From NCBI GenBank assembly GCA_002269645.1, contig NIVC01000261.1, positions 246,564-310,563 of the forward strand: a DNA stretch of 64,000 nucleotides, written 5' to 3'. Positions 13,878-24,600 of this stretch are shown piece by piece. Each line of letters starts with the position of its first letter. Position 1 is the first letter of the stretch. A program made the position numbers and the translations under genes. Below the pieces are notes generated by a model. That model was not told where the DNA came from, did no database searches, and worked only from the letters and a program-made list of their open reading frames with translations. The DNA comes from Macrostomum lignano. Its lineage: Eukaryota.

Positions 13878-14735
13878 CAGGGGCGTCGCCATGGATTTTA
13901 CGGTGGAGGGACAAAGCAAAGAATTTTACATGTACATGACATGACTAAATTCCTCCATGTGCAATATTTTGAGAATCGGTGTTGTCAGCGCTCATTTTTG
14001 CGCCCCAGGCACTCATTTTTGCGCCCAGGCACTCATTTTAGCGCCACAGGCACTCATTTTTGCGCCGCAGGCACTCATTTTTGCGCCCCAGGCACTCATT
14101 TTAGCGCCCCAGGCACTCATTTTTGCGCCCCAGGCACTCATTTTTGCGCCACAGGCACTCATTTTTGCGCCGCAGGCACTTATTTTTGCGCCGCAGGCAC
14201 TCATTTTTGCGCCCCAGGCACTCATTTTTGCGCCACAGGCACTCATTTTTGCGCCCCAGGCACTTATTTTTGCGCCGCAGGCACTTATTTTTGCGCCGCA
14301 GGCACTCATTTTTGCGCCGCAGGCACTCATTTTTGCGCCACAGGCACTCATTTTTGCGCCCCAGGCACTCATTTTTGCGCCGCAGGCACTTATGTTTGCG
14401 CCGCAGGCACTCATTTTAGCGCCCCAGGCACTCATTTTAGCGCCCCAGGCATTCATTTTTTGCGCCACAGGCATTCATTTTTGCGCCACAGGCATTCATT
14501 TTAGCCCAACAGGCACTCATTTTAGCCCAACAGGCACTCATTTTAGCCCAACAGGCACTCATTTTAGCTCATTATACTCGTAGGTGCTATATTTAAGCGC
14601 CCTGAAACATAATTATTGCTCTCTCCACAACAGGTCACAAGGTGGATGGAGGAGGGCAAAGCATTGTCATGTCCCCATAGCTTTTACTGGGGGGGGGGAC
14701 ATGTCCCCCTTGTCCCCCCGGTGGCGACGCCCTTG
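13878..14735. mobile_element. Non-autonomous MITE-like element with imperfect TIRs carrying an internal minisatellite
   Basis: Left CAGGGGCGTCGCCA versus reverse complement of the right end CAAGGGCGTCGCCA (13/14). Subterminal palindrome GGGGGACATGTCCCCC at ~14694-14709. No TSD recognised. Confidence 0.7.
13988..14568. repeat. 21-bp minisatellite (GCGCCCCAGGCACTCATTTTT), ~27 units
   Basis: Direct reading; 7-codon periodic ORFs (APQALIF). Confidence 0.97.
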
Positions 14736-16360
14736 TGAACAAGTTTATGCTTCATTTTTATTCAATCTTAATTCATTCAAAAATCCTCCATTCGTTAATC
14801 AATCGAGAACTGGATAAGAAAATTTACGAATGAATAAAGACTTGCACATATCAAACAAAAGGTCCTATTGCTTGAATATATTTATTTTTACTGATCAATA
14901 TAAAAATATTCATATCTCTCTCAGTCTCTCCTGTTCCCCGGTCTCTCCCAATTTCTTCACGTTTCTTAAAATCTTTCCCAGTCTCTTCTTAATCTCTCTT
15001 AATCTCTCACAAGCTCTCCGCAGTCTCTCTCATTTTTTCAGTTTCTTCTAAACTGTCCCACTATTTCAAGTCTCTGAAAAGTCTCTGGTGTCCTACTTTG
15101 CTGCAAGCTGTATTCAAAGTCTCTATTGCTCTAGCTTTAGACCTGCGACCAATAAGTGGGATCGGCTTAAAGTTCATTAATTTTTTAGAACTTATTTGGC
15201 AATACTTTTAGGTCTGCTAGTTGTGCGTATTTTTGCGAAAATACATGATACAATAAAATCTATCATTGAATCTCCCAAATAGACAAATTTTGTACCAGTT
15301 AACCATGTGTTTTCCAATTTGGTAGGTATTATCTCAATTAGCCAAAATGATTTATCAAAATTACCAACCAAGTTATTATCTTGAATACTATGCTAATTAC
15401 AAAAATGGATTCCTATAGTACTCATAGGGAAGCCGCCTCAAAGCCCAGACTAAAGTGTGCAATGGTGTGCAAGTGTTCCCAGCGCGGGATGCCAGTGGCG
15501 TAACTTGCAGTTGCAATCGGATCGGAGAGAAATGGCTGACTAGATCATGGTCAGGGTGAATACTTTTTAATGTCCAGCAGTATACATGTATACATTAATA
15601 GATATGTAGATAGGTCTTATTATTTGTAAAGTTTTAAAGTTGAGCAAATTTGTTGTTGGATACGTACTATCAATATCCTCGATTTTTACGTTAAGATCTT
15701 ATCGGTTGCTAAATGAATTCCGTCATTTTTTGCGTCGATCCTGTCGCTTTTTAAACAATCATTGAGCAATTTTCGCCTATTTTACCACCATTTAGATCAA
15801 TCTTGGCACCGCTTAGACCCTTGTTGGGACGCCAATTTCTATGCAGCTAAAATATTTAAACAATTTTTTATTACGCATCCTTTTTAGCGCCTGAGCAGTG
15901 TAATTCGTTATCGCAATAACTGGCTAACATCATAACTTGTTCTAATCAACTCTCTTAAGCCATAGGCTAGGGATACAGGAGCATGCAAAGGCTCAGTTTT
16001 GTAATTTTTGCGAGCGTATGTTCAACCGATAACGTTATCAGTTTGACTAAGCCAAAGCTCAAAAGCAGGAGCTAACATTTTTTTAGCGTTAGACAAATAA
16101 AGTTCTCAAAGAAGTTCGGAAAGTTATAGCTCAAAATTTGGCAAAACTGTTTAAATACTATTATAAACATTAATTATCAGTCTCATTTTAGTTTACAGGA
16201 CTATCGATTGCCAAATGTCATGCTAACGACTAAAGTGGTTCTAGTCGCCTTTCTGATCCGGTGAGGCTTGATAAGCTGGAGTGATTTTTGAATCAAGATA
16301 TTTTTCATTCGTAGTATACTTCATTTCAACCAATACCGGTACGCTTAATTAGTTTATATA

Positions 16361-16386
16361 GTAAGTTAGTTAGTTAGTCAGTTAGC

Positions 16387-16470
<84 letters not shown>

Positions 16471-16515
16471 CAGTTAGTTAGATAGTAAGTTAGTTAGTTA
16501 GTTAGTTAGTTAGTC

Positions 16516-16553
<38 letters not shown>

Positions 16554-16573
16554 ATAGTTAGTTAGTTAGTTAG

Positions 16574-16657
<84 letters not shown>

Positions 16658-16685
16658 ATAGTTAGTTAGTTAGTTAGTTAGTCAG
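16361..16685. repeat. (GTTA)n tetranucleotide microsatellite, ~80 units, in intron 1 of copy 2
   Basis: Direct reading; ends at the TCAG acceptor of exon 16686. Confidence 0.97.
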
Positions 16686-17695
16686 TTGGTTGCACGCCAT
16701 CGAAAATGCTTTCCACAGCGGCTGTCTTGGCTTCAATGCGACAGAAAGTCTGTTTGACATCGGTGGAGATGATCTCAACTTTGTCAGTTCGCCAGTGTCA
16801 ATGCAAGACAATTTTCAATTCACTGAGACCGACATCCTCGAGGAGCTGTACAATACGACTCGAGTGACCAAGCGGTCCACTCGATCTAACCTGTGCACCT
16901 ATCAGAGAAGCGAGACGCAATATTATCGATCGTAAGCACGAACACTACTTTGCTTTTCCTACTACTATTTTTTCTAGCCTTTTCACTGACTCTGCTTTCG
17001 TTGCCTTTACACCAAACAGACGGAGCAGGTTGGGGCGGAGGAGGCGGAAGTCTCGAACTATTATAGTTAATTATCAGGACTGCTGTCCCGGTTGGGGTCG
17101 CTACGCTGGAGAGCCGTCCTGTTTACGCGGTGAGTTGCACCAACGAGTAGAATATTCACTTAATTAAAATTAAATATTTACGGTTTTAAGTTTTGGTTTC
17201 GTTCTGAAGACTTTCCTTTACGTCTGTGGCTATCAAAACTTGACCTACATGTACGAGCATTCAACATCAGACGTAAAACTTTCTTGATGACCTTGACCCA
17301 ACCATTAAACAATAATGTTAGGCTTATGTGGGCATCGCTGAGATGTCAAGGGGGTAATTGATATGTTAAGGCTTGTGGGGGGGAATCCTCTATGTAGGGA
17401 TGACAAGAAGAACAATGAGAGATACAATGAGCCAACAACAGGTCAAATATTAACAGAAGTCGTTACTTCGGGGTCAGCGCACTTTCTCACCCCCAACAAC
17501 TCGATTGCAAATTTTGTCACCATTGCCTCGTAACAAAATCAAACTAAGGGAAGAAATCTGGATAAAAAACTGAGGACTGACAAACCGCCGGGTACGAACA
17601 TCAGAGTGGACAACCATCTTCTCCGACCCATCCTTCTGGTCCTTCATTTTCACCCATCTTCAGTCTGGCTCGCCAACGAGATTGCTAAAAACTTT

Positions 17696-17888
17696 TGTAA
17701 GACCGTGGGTTGAGTTGCAGTGAATAAAAAAACGTGAGGAGACCTCACTGGCTCACGCCAATATATTTATTGCCAAAGTTAGGGTGGGTGAACCACCCTA
17801 AGCACACACGCTGCACCGCTAAACCCCAACCCCCAAACCAGCCAGACGTGCACATCTAAGTGCACGCGCACCAACAAGCCAGACTACA
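17696..17888 (-). repeat. 3' LTR of the Gypsy element
   Basis: TGTAAGACCGTGGGTTGAGTT...ACTACA, immediately followed on + by a pyrimidine tract (the PPT on minus). Confidence 0.85.
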
Positions 17889-19930
17889 CTAATTTCCCCC
17901 TAGAAGCAAAAGACAGTTCCCGAGTCAAGCAAGTCCGCCATGTACAAGTCAGGTGGCCGCCGCTCTCTCGCCGACCTCCGCGGAACCGTGACCGGCTCGG
18001 CCGGTGCCGCTCCTCTGGTGCCTCGTCTGCCTGCAGCTCGGGCCAGAAGGTCACCGCGTCGCCGCCAGGATCGGCCGCCTGCCCGGGCGGCTCTGCGGCG
18101 GTGCCGTCGTTGTCGTAGTCGGCGGCCGGCTCCAGTGACGCCCGCCGCTGCACGAAGCGCTTGAGACGGTTGTGGTGCACCACCAGCCGGCGCCTGCGGC
18201 CGGTCTCGTCCTGGATGCGGTAATTGACCTCGCCCAGGCGCCTCAGGACTCTGTACGGCCCCTTCCACTTGGCGCTCAGGCACCGCGTCTGGCTGCGCTT
18301 GATGACTGAGTTGCGCAGCATCACGAGCTGGCCCTCTTCGAACGGTACGAACCGAGAGTCCTGGTTGGCCAGCCGGTTGCGCTCGACCTGGGCGCTCCGC
18401 GATCGGCCGTGCACCGTTTCGAAGCGCTCTGCAGTTTCTCCTGAGTCCTCCGCAGGAAGCCGTGATGTCCACAGTCGGCTGCCGGCCGGTCGCCACTTAT
18501 CAGCCAGCTCTCAAGAGCCAGCCTCGGTGGCCAGCCGTAGAGGACCTGGTACGGACTGAGGCCGTTGGTGCTGTGCACGTAGGTGTTGTAGGCCCAGGCC
18601 ACATACTGCAGCTTGCTGTCCCAATCCTGCTGGTTCGCCGCTGCTCGCCAGCATGTCGCCGATGGTCCAGTTTCCTCGCTCGACGATTCCGTTGCCGCTC
18701 GGATAAAACGGTGACGTGCGCGTCTTCTCGACGCCCAGCTGCTCACAGAGCCGGCTGAAGACCTCGCTCTCGAATTGCCGTCCCTGGTCACTGTGCAGCA
18801 CCCAAAGAGCGCCGTGACGCAGAACCACCAACTTGAGCAGCGCATCCGCCACCGTCACCGCGTTGATCACCGCCACGGCTGACGTCTCCATCCACTTGGA
18901 GAAGGCGTCGCGCATGCTCAGGATGTACGTCTTGTTATCAGTCGTACGCGGAAGCGGCCCTTTGATGTCGATCTGCACCAGCTGCCACGGAGCCGTCGGC
19001 TGGCACGTCGACTGCAGCGGCGCCTTCTGCGGCTTGGTTAGACTTTTCTTGGCCAGGCAGACCGCGCAGCTGGCCACCCAGTTCTCGACGTCCCGTCGCA
19101 GACCAGGCAACCAGCAGCGCTCAGACAACCTCACCCTGGTCCTGTCGACGCCGAGATGTCCGCTCTGGTCGCACGAGTGCGCCTGCTGCAGGAAATGTGG
19201 CCGCAGGTGACCGGGAATTACTGGCCGGCCACTCACCAGCAGGACGCCCGCCGAGCTCACCGAGGCCTCGTCCAGCAGTTCGCAAACCTGCGCCGCCCAA
19301 GAATCGGACAGGCTGTCAATCCCTTCGGTCAGCGCCTGGAACGCCTTGCTCAGCAGCGGGTCTTGCAGTTGCTCCTCGTGCAGGCGGCTGTCGTCCCACC
19401 GAGGCAGTGGCCGGTGGTCCGAGTAGACTCTGAAGCTCGGGAAACTCAGCAGGTACGTCCTGAAGTGCTTCAGACTCCACACCAGCGCCAGCAGCTCACG
19501 GTCGGTCGCCGAGTAGTTGCGCTCGGCCTTGTTGAGGGTGCGAGAGGCGAACGCCACAGGCAGCTCGGCGTCACCGTGCAGCTGGCTGAGCAACGCGCCA
19601 ACAGCGAACTGACTGCTGTCGCAGCTGAGCACGAACTGCTTGGTGAAATCCGGCAGCCTCAGCACCGGAGCCGTCGTCAGCCGGTCCTTCAACTCGCGGA
19701 ACGCTCGCTCGCAGTCGCTGCTCCAAGCGATATCCCTTGATGTCACGCTGACGTCGTGCAGGACCCTCGCCGTCTGGCTGAAGCCTGTGATGAACCGGCG
19801 GTAGAACCGCAGCATTCCGAGAAACCGCTTCACCTCCTCGGTCGTCGTTGGGCTGGGCATGCTGCGAATGGCCTCGACCTTGCCGGGATCCGGTGCGATG
19901 CCCTGTTCGCCCTGTTCACGTCTGCCGGCT
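17884..19930 (-). pseudogene. Gypsy pol remnant: RT connection, RNase H, integrase (HHCC, DDE, GPY/F), frameshifted
   Basis: PDPGKVEAI...FLGMLRFYRRFI; CDSSQFAVGALL...FASRTLNKAERNYSATDRELLA; H-x6-H...CAVC; QIDIKGP...SDQGRQF...NGIVER; KWKGPYRV...VHHNRLK. No protease or YxDD region. Confidence 0.9.
17889..17901 (-). other. Polypurine tract (AGGGGGAAATTAG)
   Basis: Purine-rich run directly upstream of the 3' LTR TG on the minus strand. Confidence 0.8.
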
Positions 19931-19934
19931 GCTC

Positions 19935-20108
19935 TCAGACGAAGATTCGTGATTCTCCTATCACCAGCAGTCTCAGCTTCTTTGCCTTCTTCTTGTCGTC
20001 CCATTCGCAGTCGTCGGCGAAGTCCTCAAACGTGCTGAGCCACATTCTCACGTTGGAGTCGCCGCTAAACTTTGGAGGCAATAAACTGGCTTGCTCTGAT
20101 TTGGCCAT
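19935..20108 (-). pseudogene. Gypsy gag N-terminal fragment (57 aa)
   Basis: MAKSEQASLLPPKFSGDSNVRMWLSTFEDFADDCEWDDKKKAKKLRLLVIGE; the ATG lies 6 nt after the PBS. Confidence 0.8.
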
Positions 20109-20114
20109 ACTGAG

Positions 20115-20127
20115 ACCGCTGCCACCA
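20115..20127 (-). other. Primer binding site TGGTGGCAGCGGT (complementary to the 3' end of tRNA-Leu AAG/UAG type)
   Basis: One nt inside the 5' LTR end; complementary to ...ACCGCUGCCA-CCA. Confidence 0.85.
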
Positions 20128-20128
20128 G

Positions 20129-20308
20129 TGTAAGACCGTGGGTTGAGTTATATTGGCTCACGCCAATATATTTATTGCCAAAGTTAGGGTGGGTGTAACC
20201 ACCCTAAGCACACACGCTGCAGCGCTAAACCCCAACCCTCAAACAAGCCAGACGTGCACATCTAAGTGCACGTACGCCAACAAGCAGAATAAACGTTGAT
20301 AAACTACA
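20129..20308 (-). repeat. 5' LTR of the Gypsy element
   Basis: Direct repeat of 17696-17888 with two indel blocks; the right boundary could alternatively be TTACA at 20345. Confidence 0.8.
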
Positions 20309-20617
20309 ACACGAACCCGGCTCCCGCGTACTGCCCACATTTACACGGCAACGAAATTTACAGAGCCTCCTGGCTCCCAATAACTTTAAGTCTCAGCCAG
20401 GAAACCACTGAATCTTTTTAACCAATGCGCTCATTTTACCTATATAATTACAATATTTATCACATTGTCGATTATTTTATTCAAACTTCTTGATTGTACG
20501 CGCAAATACGACGTATCGATTTTGAGGCTCCCACTTTCAATACGAGCGTACCTGCATTTAATTTAATTCAATCGTATAATACTTGGAAAAAGAACAATTT
20601 TTAATATACTAAATATA

Positions 20618-20713
20618 CTGTCGCCCAAACTGACTGGCTAAAAAGCCTCTGGGACAAGTTAGAGCTGTCGCCCAAACTGACTGGCTAAAAAGCCTCTGGG
20701 ACAAGTTAGAGCT
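20618..20713. repeat. Perfect 47-bp tandem duplication
   Basis: CTGTCGCCCAAACTGACTGGCTAAAAAGCCTCTGGGACAAGTTAGAG twice. Confidence 0.95.
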
Positions 20714-21650
20714 AGCCTGAAATTAGGGCTTTAAATGTACATACATCATCCCTACAGATTTTTTGGCCTAACGTAGAGCCCAGAGGCTTGAAACCGGTAG
20801 CATTATAATATAAAATTTTTTAACACGCTGTGACCTCTCTTCTTTCGCTCTCTCTCTCTCTCTCTGGTTTGATGCAAACGTAATGAAACGTTTTATTCAC
20901 CATACAGTAAACAGTTAGTCAAACCAATGCCTTGCCATTTAAAGAGTCGAATGTTATCTGTGTTCCGTGGTTAGATTGAAACCTACGAAGAAGTTTTTGT
21001 ACCTAATTACCGATATGCAGATTACTACATGTCAGGTGTAAACACAAAAAAGAAATAACATTTGCCTTTTTGTGAGCTTGTAAAAGTTATAGCCATGCGA
21101 GCTGAGACATATTTTCATATTTTAAATCCAAAAGTATAATAATAACTACATAACGCACTACTGTGCCCAGTAGTCAATGTCTCTAATCGAAACTTCCTTA
21201 TCTATTCCAGCAATCTGCTTCGGCCGCCTGCAGTACTGCCCCAATGGCGGCTCTTGCAACAGTCCGGACTTCTGCTCCAACTGCAATCCGACTCACTACA
21301 GTCCCCGCTGCGACTGTGAGTGGTGGCTCATAGCTTGTGTAAAGCTTCATTTAAAAGTCACAGAAACGTGCATGCAGAGACAGACGATCCGTACGTAAAC
21401 CCAATTTCAGTGTGTCCACAAGTTCCGTTCTGCGCGCTGACTTACTGCACGCATTTGCCGAGCGCGATAGAGACGATGACCTGCCAGATTTGCATGTTCG
21501 ATCACGGACCAAAGGGTCAGGCGTACAAGCTGAGTAGCGATCGGAAGGCTTGCATTGGTGAGTTAAAATTAGGCCTCACTTTCACGGCTCAACCATGAGC
21601 TTGTTGTAACAAACTGAACATTGAGGGGACCTTTGGAGAGCTGCCAAAGA

Positions 21651-21696
21651 GCGAGACAGCAAGTATCTGATACGCGAGACAGCAAGTATCTGATAC
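21651..21696. repeat. 23-bp tandem duplication (intronic)
   Basis: GCGAGACAGCAAGTATCTGATAC twice. Confidence 0.9.
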
Positions 21697-24600
21697 GGTA
21701 CTTTGATTGCGCTGACTTCTGAGCACACATATGAGACATACCTATAGTGGCACGTGCTCATACAGGCTGTTACAACTGCCAAGACTTTCTCTGTCGTGAA
21801 CACTGTCTGTGCCCTGAGGTTTCGCCCTCGTGATTCTTGTATGGAAAAAAGCGAAAGTCACGTCTTAACTCCTGAGCTACTCTGCCCCCTCCTGAGAAGA
21901 GACCATCTAGTTCGGTCTGACTCTTTGGGCTCGGATAAGTTCCGTATGGAGATCCCACATATAGGTAATATTACCAAAGCCTAAGACAAACATTTGAGGG
22001 TTAAAATAAAGTCATAGATTCGAATTAAACTGCAGAAACCTGCTCGTGGAGGCGAGAGCACAACCTGTGCTTTCCAGGCGTCTGCAACGGGTATCACACG
22101 GAGTGCCAGTGCGATGCTGGCTTCACATCGACACCTGAAGCGAGGGACTGTCTAAAAAGTAAACAAACCACAATAAGACAACCTGGATTTGCAGAATTGA
22201 AACATAAAAAAGATTCATCCTGGATATACTAGCGCATACTAGAGTATATACTAGATATACTTGGATTGACTTTCAGTTGTCACGAAGCCAACGGTACTGA
22301 CTGCGACAATGACAGTGAGAATTCCTCCGGATGGAACCAGTAGGTAGATGCCTGGAGCCTTAGAAATTCATAGTTTTTTTTAAGATATAAAATTTCCTAA
22401 CGATTTTTTCAGCACCGAAGGACGATGTTACAATTGACTTCCATAAATCACCAAACTCGGTGAACTATATTAATACTAAACCAGGTAAGTGATCCAAAAC
22501 CATAGCCATCTGATAGTCATACGCTAATGCAGTTATTTTTCACTGAAATATTCACCTTGTAAGCTCCAAACAGGAAAATCCAGCTTGAGTGGACAGCAAC
22601 AAGCCGCTTCAAGCCCACAATATCCAGTCCGGGTCCTCGCGAACACTTCATCCCACCGTCCGGTTACAAGATCGGCCTTGTGCGAGAAAATTTCGTTTTC
22701 GTGCTGTCCGGAAACCGTGAGTTTCACACACGTGGACATACAGTACCTAGCTATACTTTCGGCTAGGTAAGCTTAGTGCCGCATCTTCATTGCAGAGAAT
22801 TTTCCCGACAACTCGATCGGTCCTCTGGAAGAGACTGGGATCAGTCCGTCTAACCCGAAGCTCGCAGAACGCGCCTTTACCGGACAGCTGAACCAGCTGC
22901 CTCCGGCCGGCTGGCAGCTGCAGTCCGGACACTCGCTCAAGTACACGTACTCGGTGTACAACGGCGGCTTCGTCACTGTCGCTGACCTCGACGCCGGAGG
23001 AGCCACGCATCCGAGATTTCTCACCGGAGAGTCGTTTACTCAGGCTGGAACATTCGTGTTTGACTACAGCCTGCCGTACCACTGCACAGTGGCGGGACAC
23101 GGAGCTCGACCCTGCACTCAGCCATTCGACCAGCGAATGCTTGAGCTTAGCGAAGCCTTCACCAAGCAGGTATGAGGCTTGAAATGACATGATTTTGATC
23201 GTTGAAACACATCTAAGAATGCGCTAACGTACTTTTGATAGAATCAAATCAACGGTAAATTCGGAGGCTGGAGAGACGATCACGCTGGAGTGCTGCAGTA
23301 CGACATTGAGCTCAAGCTCATGCACAAAGTCGGAGAGGTGCTGAAGGAGAACGAGATGGTGGGCTCTGAGCACAAAATCATTGATTTGAATGGCGAGGGC
23401 GAGGATGAGAGACGAAATGGCGGAAACCGAGAGTTCAGTGTTCACTTTGACTTACCTCCCGACGAGCCGTCGGTCTACACTGTTGTGGTGACGGTGCGCG
23501 ATGCGGTCAGGAACTCGATCAAGAATGTGAGACGCAGCAGACGCTTCTTTATCTTTGATAACTCGTCGAGCGTGGAAAGCAGGGACGAGCGCTATCCTCT
23601 CGGTGTAGACGATACCGTCAACAATAGAGGACTGTGGTGGCTTCGACGGCTGGACGGAGACGTCGCGTTCCGATGGACGGACAACCTGATCAACGAGGTG
23701 CACACAGGTCAAGGCTTTCTGCTACCGATCGAGCATGTGCCGGAGTTCTACGGTGACGGCTACGATCAGACTTCCGGACCTCGGAGCATCCACCCGATCG
23801 ACAACGTGCACGGAGTTGTGCGCTTCGCGTCCCAGTTCGGAGTGGACGCGGTCGGTGGTCGCAGTCTGCAACAGCCGGATCAAAGCCGGTGGCTCACCAC
23901 CACCGACATTCACGCCCAGATGCAGAGCTTTCGCTTCGATAGACGAGACGGCGAGTCAGCAAAGTTCTGGGTGATTGGCGAGGATGTGATGGGCAACAGC
24001 CGTGTGAACAGCTTCCTCATGCACATTGACTCTTCACCTGCCGAGTTAGGGACGCTCAGTCTGACTAACAGAGGCGTCGAGGGGCTCGTTGTGCACCACA
24101 GCAGAGACCTACACAGTTTGAGGTGAGTCCGTTTGAATGCAAAAACTGCTGATATGGACTCGAGTGCCATGACATTTTTGCCCCGTTTGTAGAGCTCACT
24201 GGACCGCGTCCGACTTGCACAGCGGCTTGCACACTGTGCTGTGGGAGATCTTCGACAACCACACTGACGAGATTGTGCAGATGTACTCCAACATGGAAGG
24301 ACGGAGACATTTCGACAGTCTTACGGTAAGAAAGCTTATTAAAAAATGACTGTAGAAACAGGCAAATGATTTGTAAGTGCCGGATCGATTCCAGCTGTGC
24401 CAAAGAGATTCCGAGAGACCAGACAACTGCTACTGCACTCAAGCTACTGGCTGCTACAACTCATTCTTTGCGGCATCGCCAAACACAAATGCCACAACGG
24501 AGCACAACCACGATTTGCACATTCGACTCACAGTTACAAACGGAGCGGAGTTGGTCGTGAGCAGCGTGATGAAGATTAGCATCGATTTGTCTGCTCCTCA

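Larger units (their letters stand above)
17696..20308 (-). mobile_element. Internally deleted Ty3/Gypsy LTR retrotransposon (~2.6 kb), antisense in intron 3 of copy 2
   Basis: Direct repeats 17696-17888 and 20129-20308 (TGTAA...CTACA), PBS, PPT, gag N-terminus, RT-connection/RNase H and integrase motifs. Confidence 0.93.

Noticed and set aside
13767-14583. Periodic ORFs (APGTHFC, APQALIF, RRRHSF)
   Set aside because: 21-bp minisatellite artefacts. The same applies to the ORFs at 36412-36720, 41504-41954, 42175-42786 and 62870-63288.
16361-16685. (TTAG)n as a telomeric or interstitial telomere repeat
   Set aside because: The unit is TTAG, not TTAGG or TTAGGG.
20309-20345. Extending the 5' LTR to TTACA at 20345
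   Set aside because: It gives a neat TGTAA/TTACA pair, but the PPT-defined LTR end is CTACA and the extra 37 bp has no counterpart in the other LTR. Not fully excluded.
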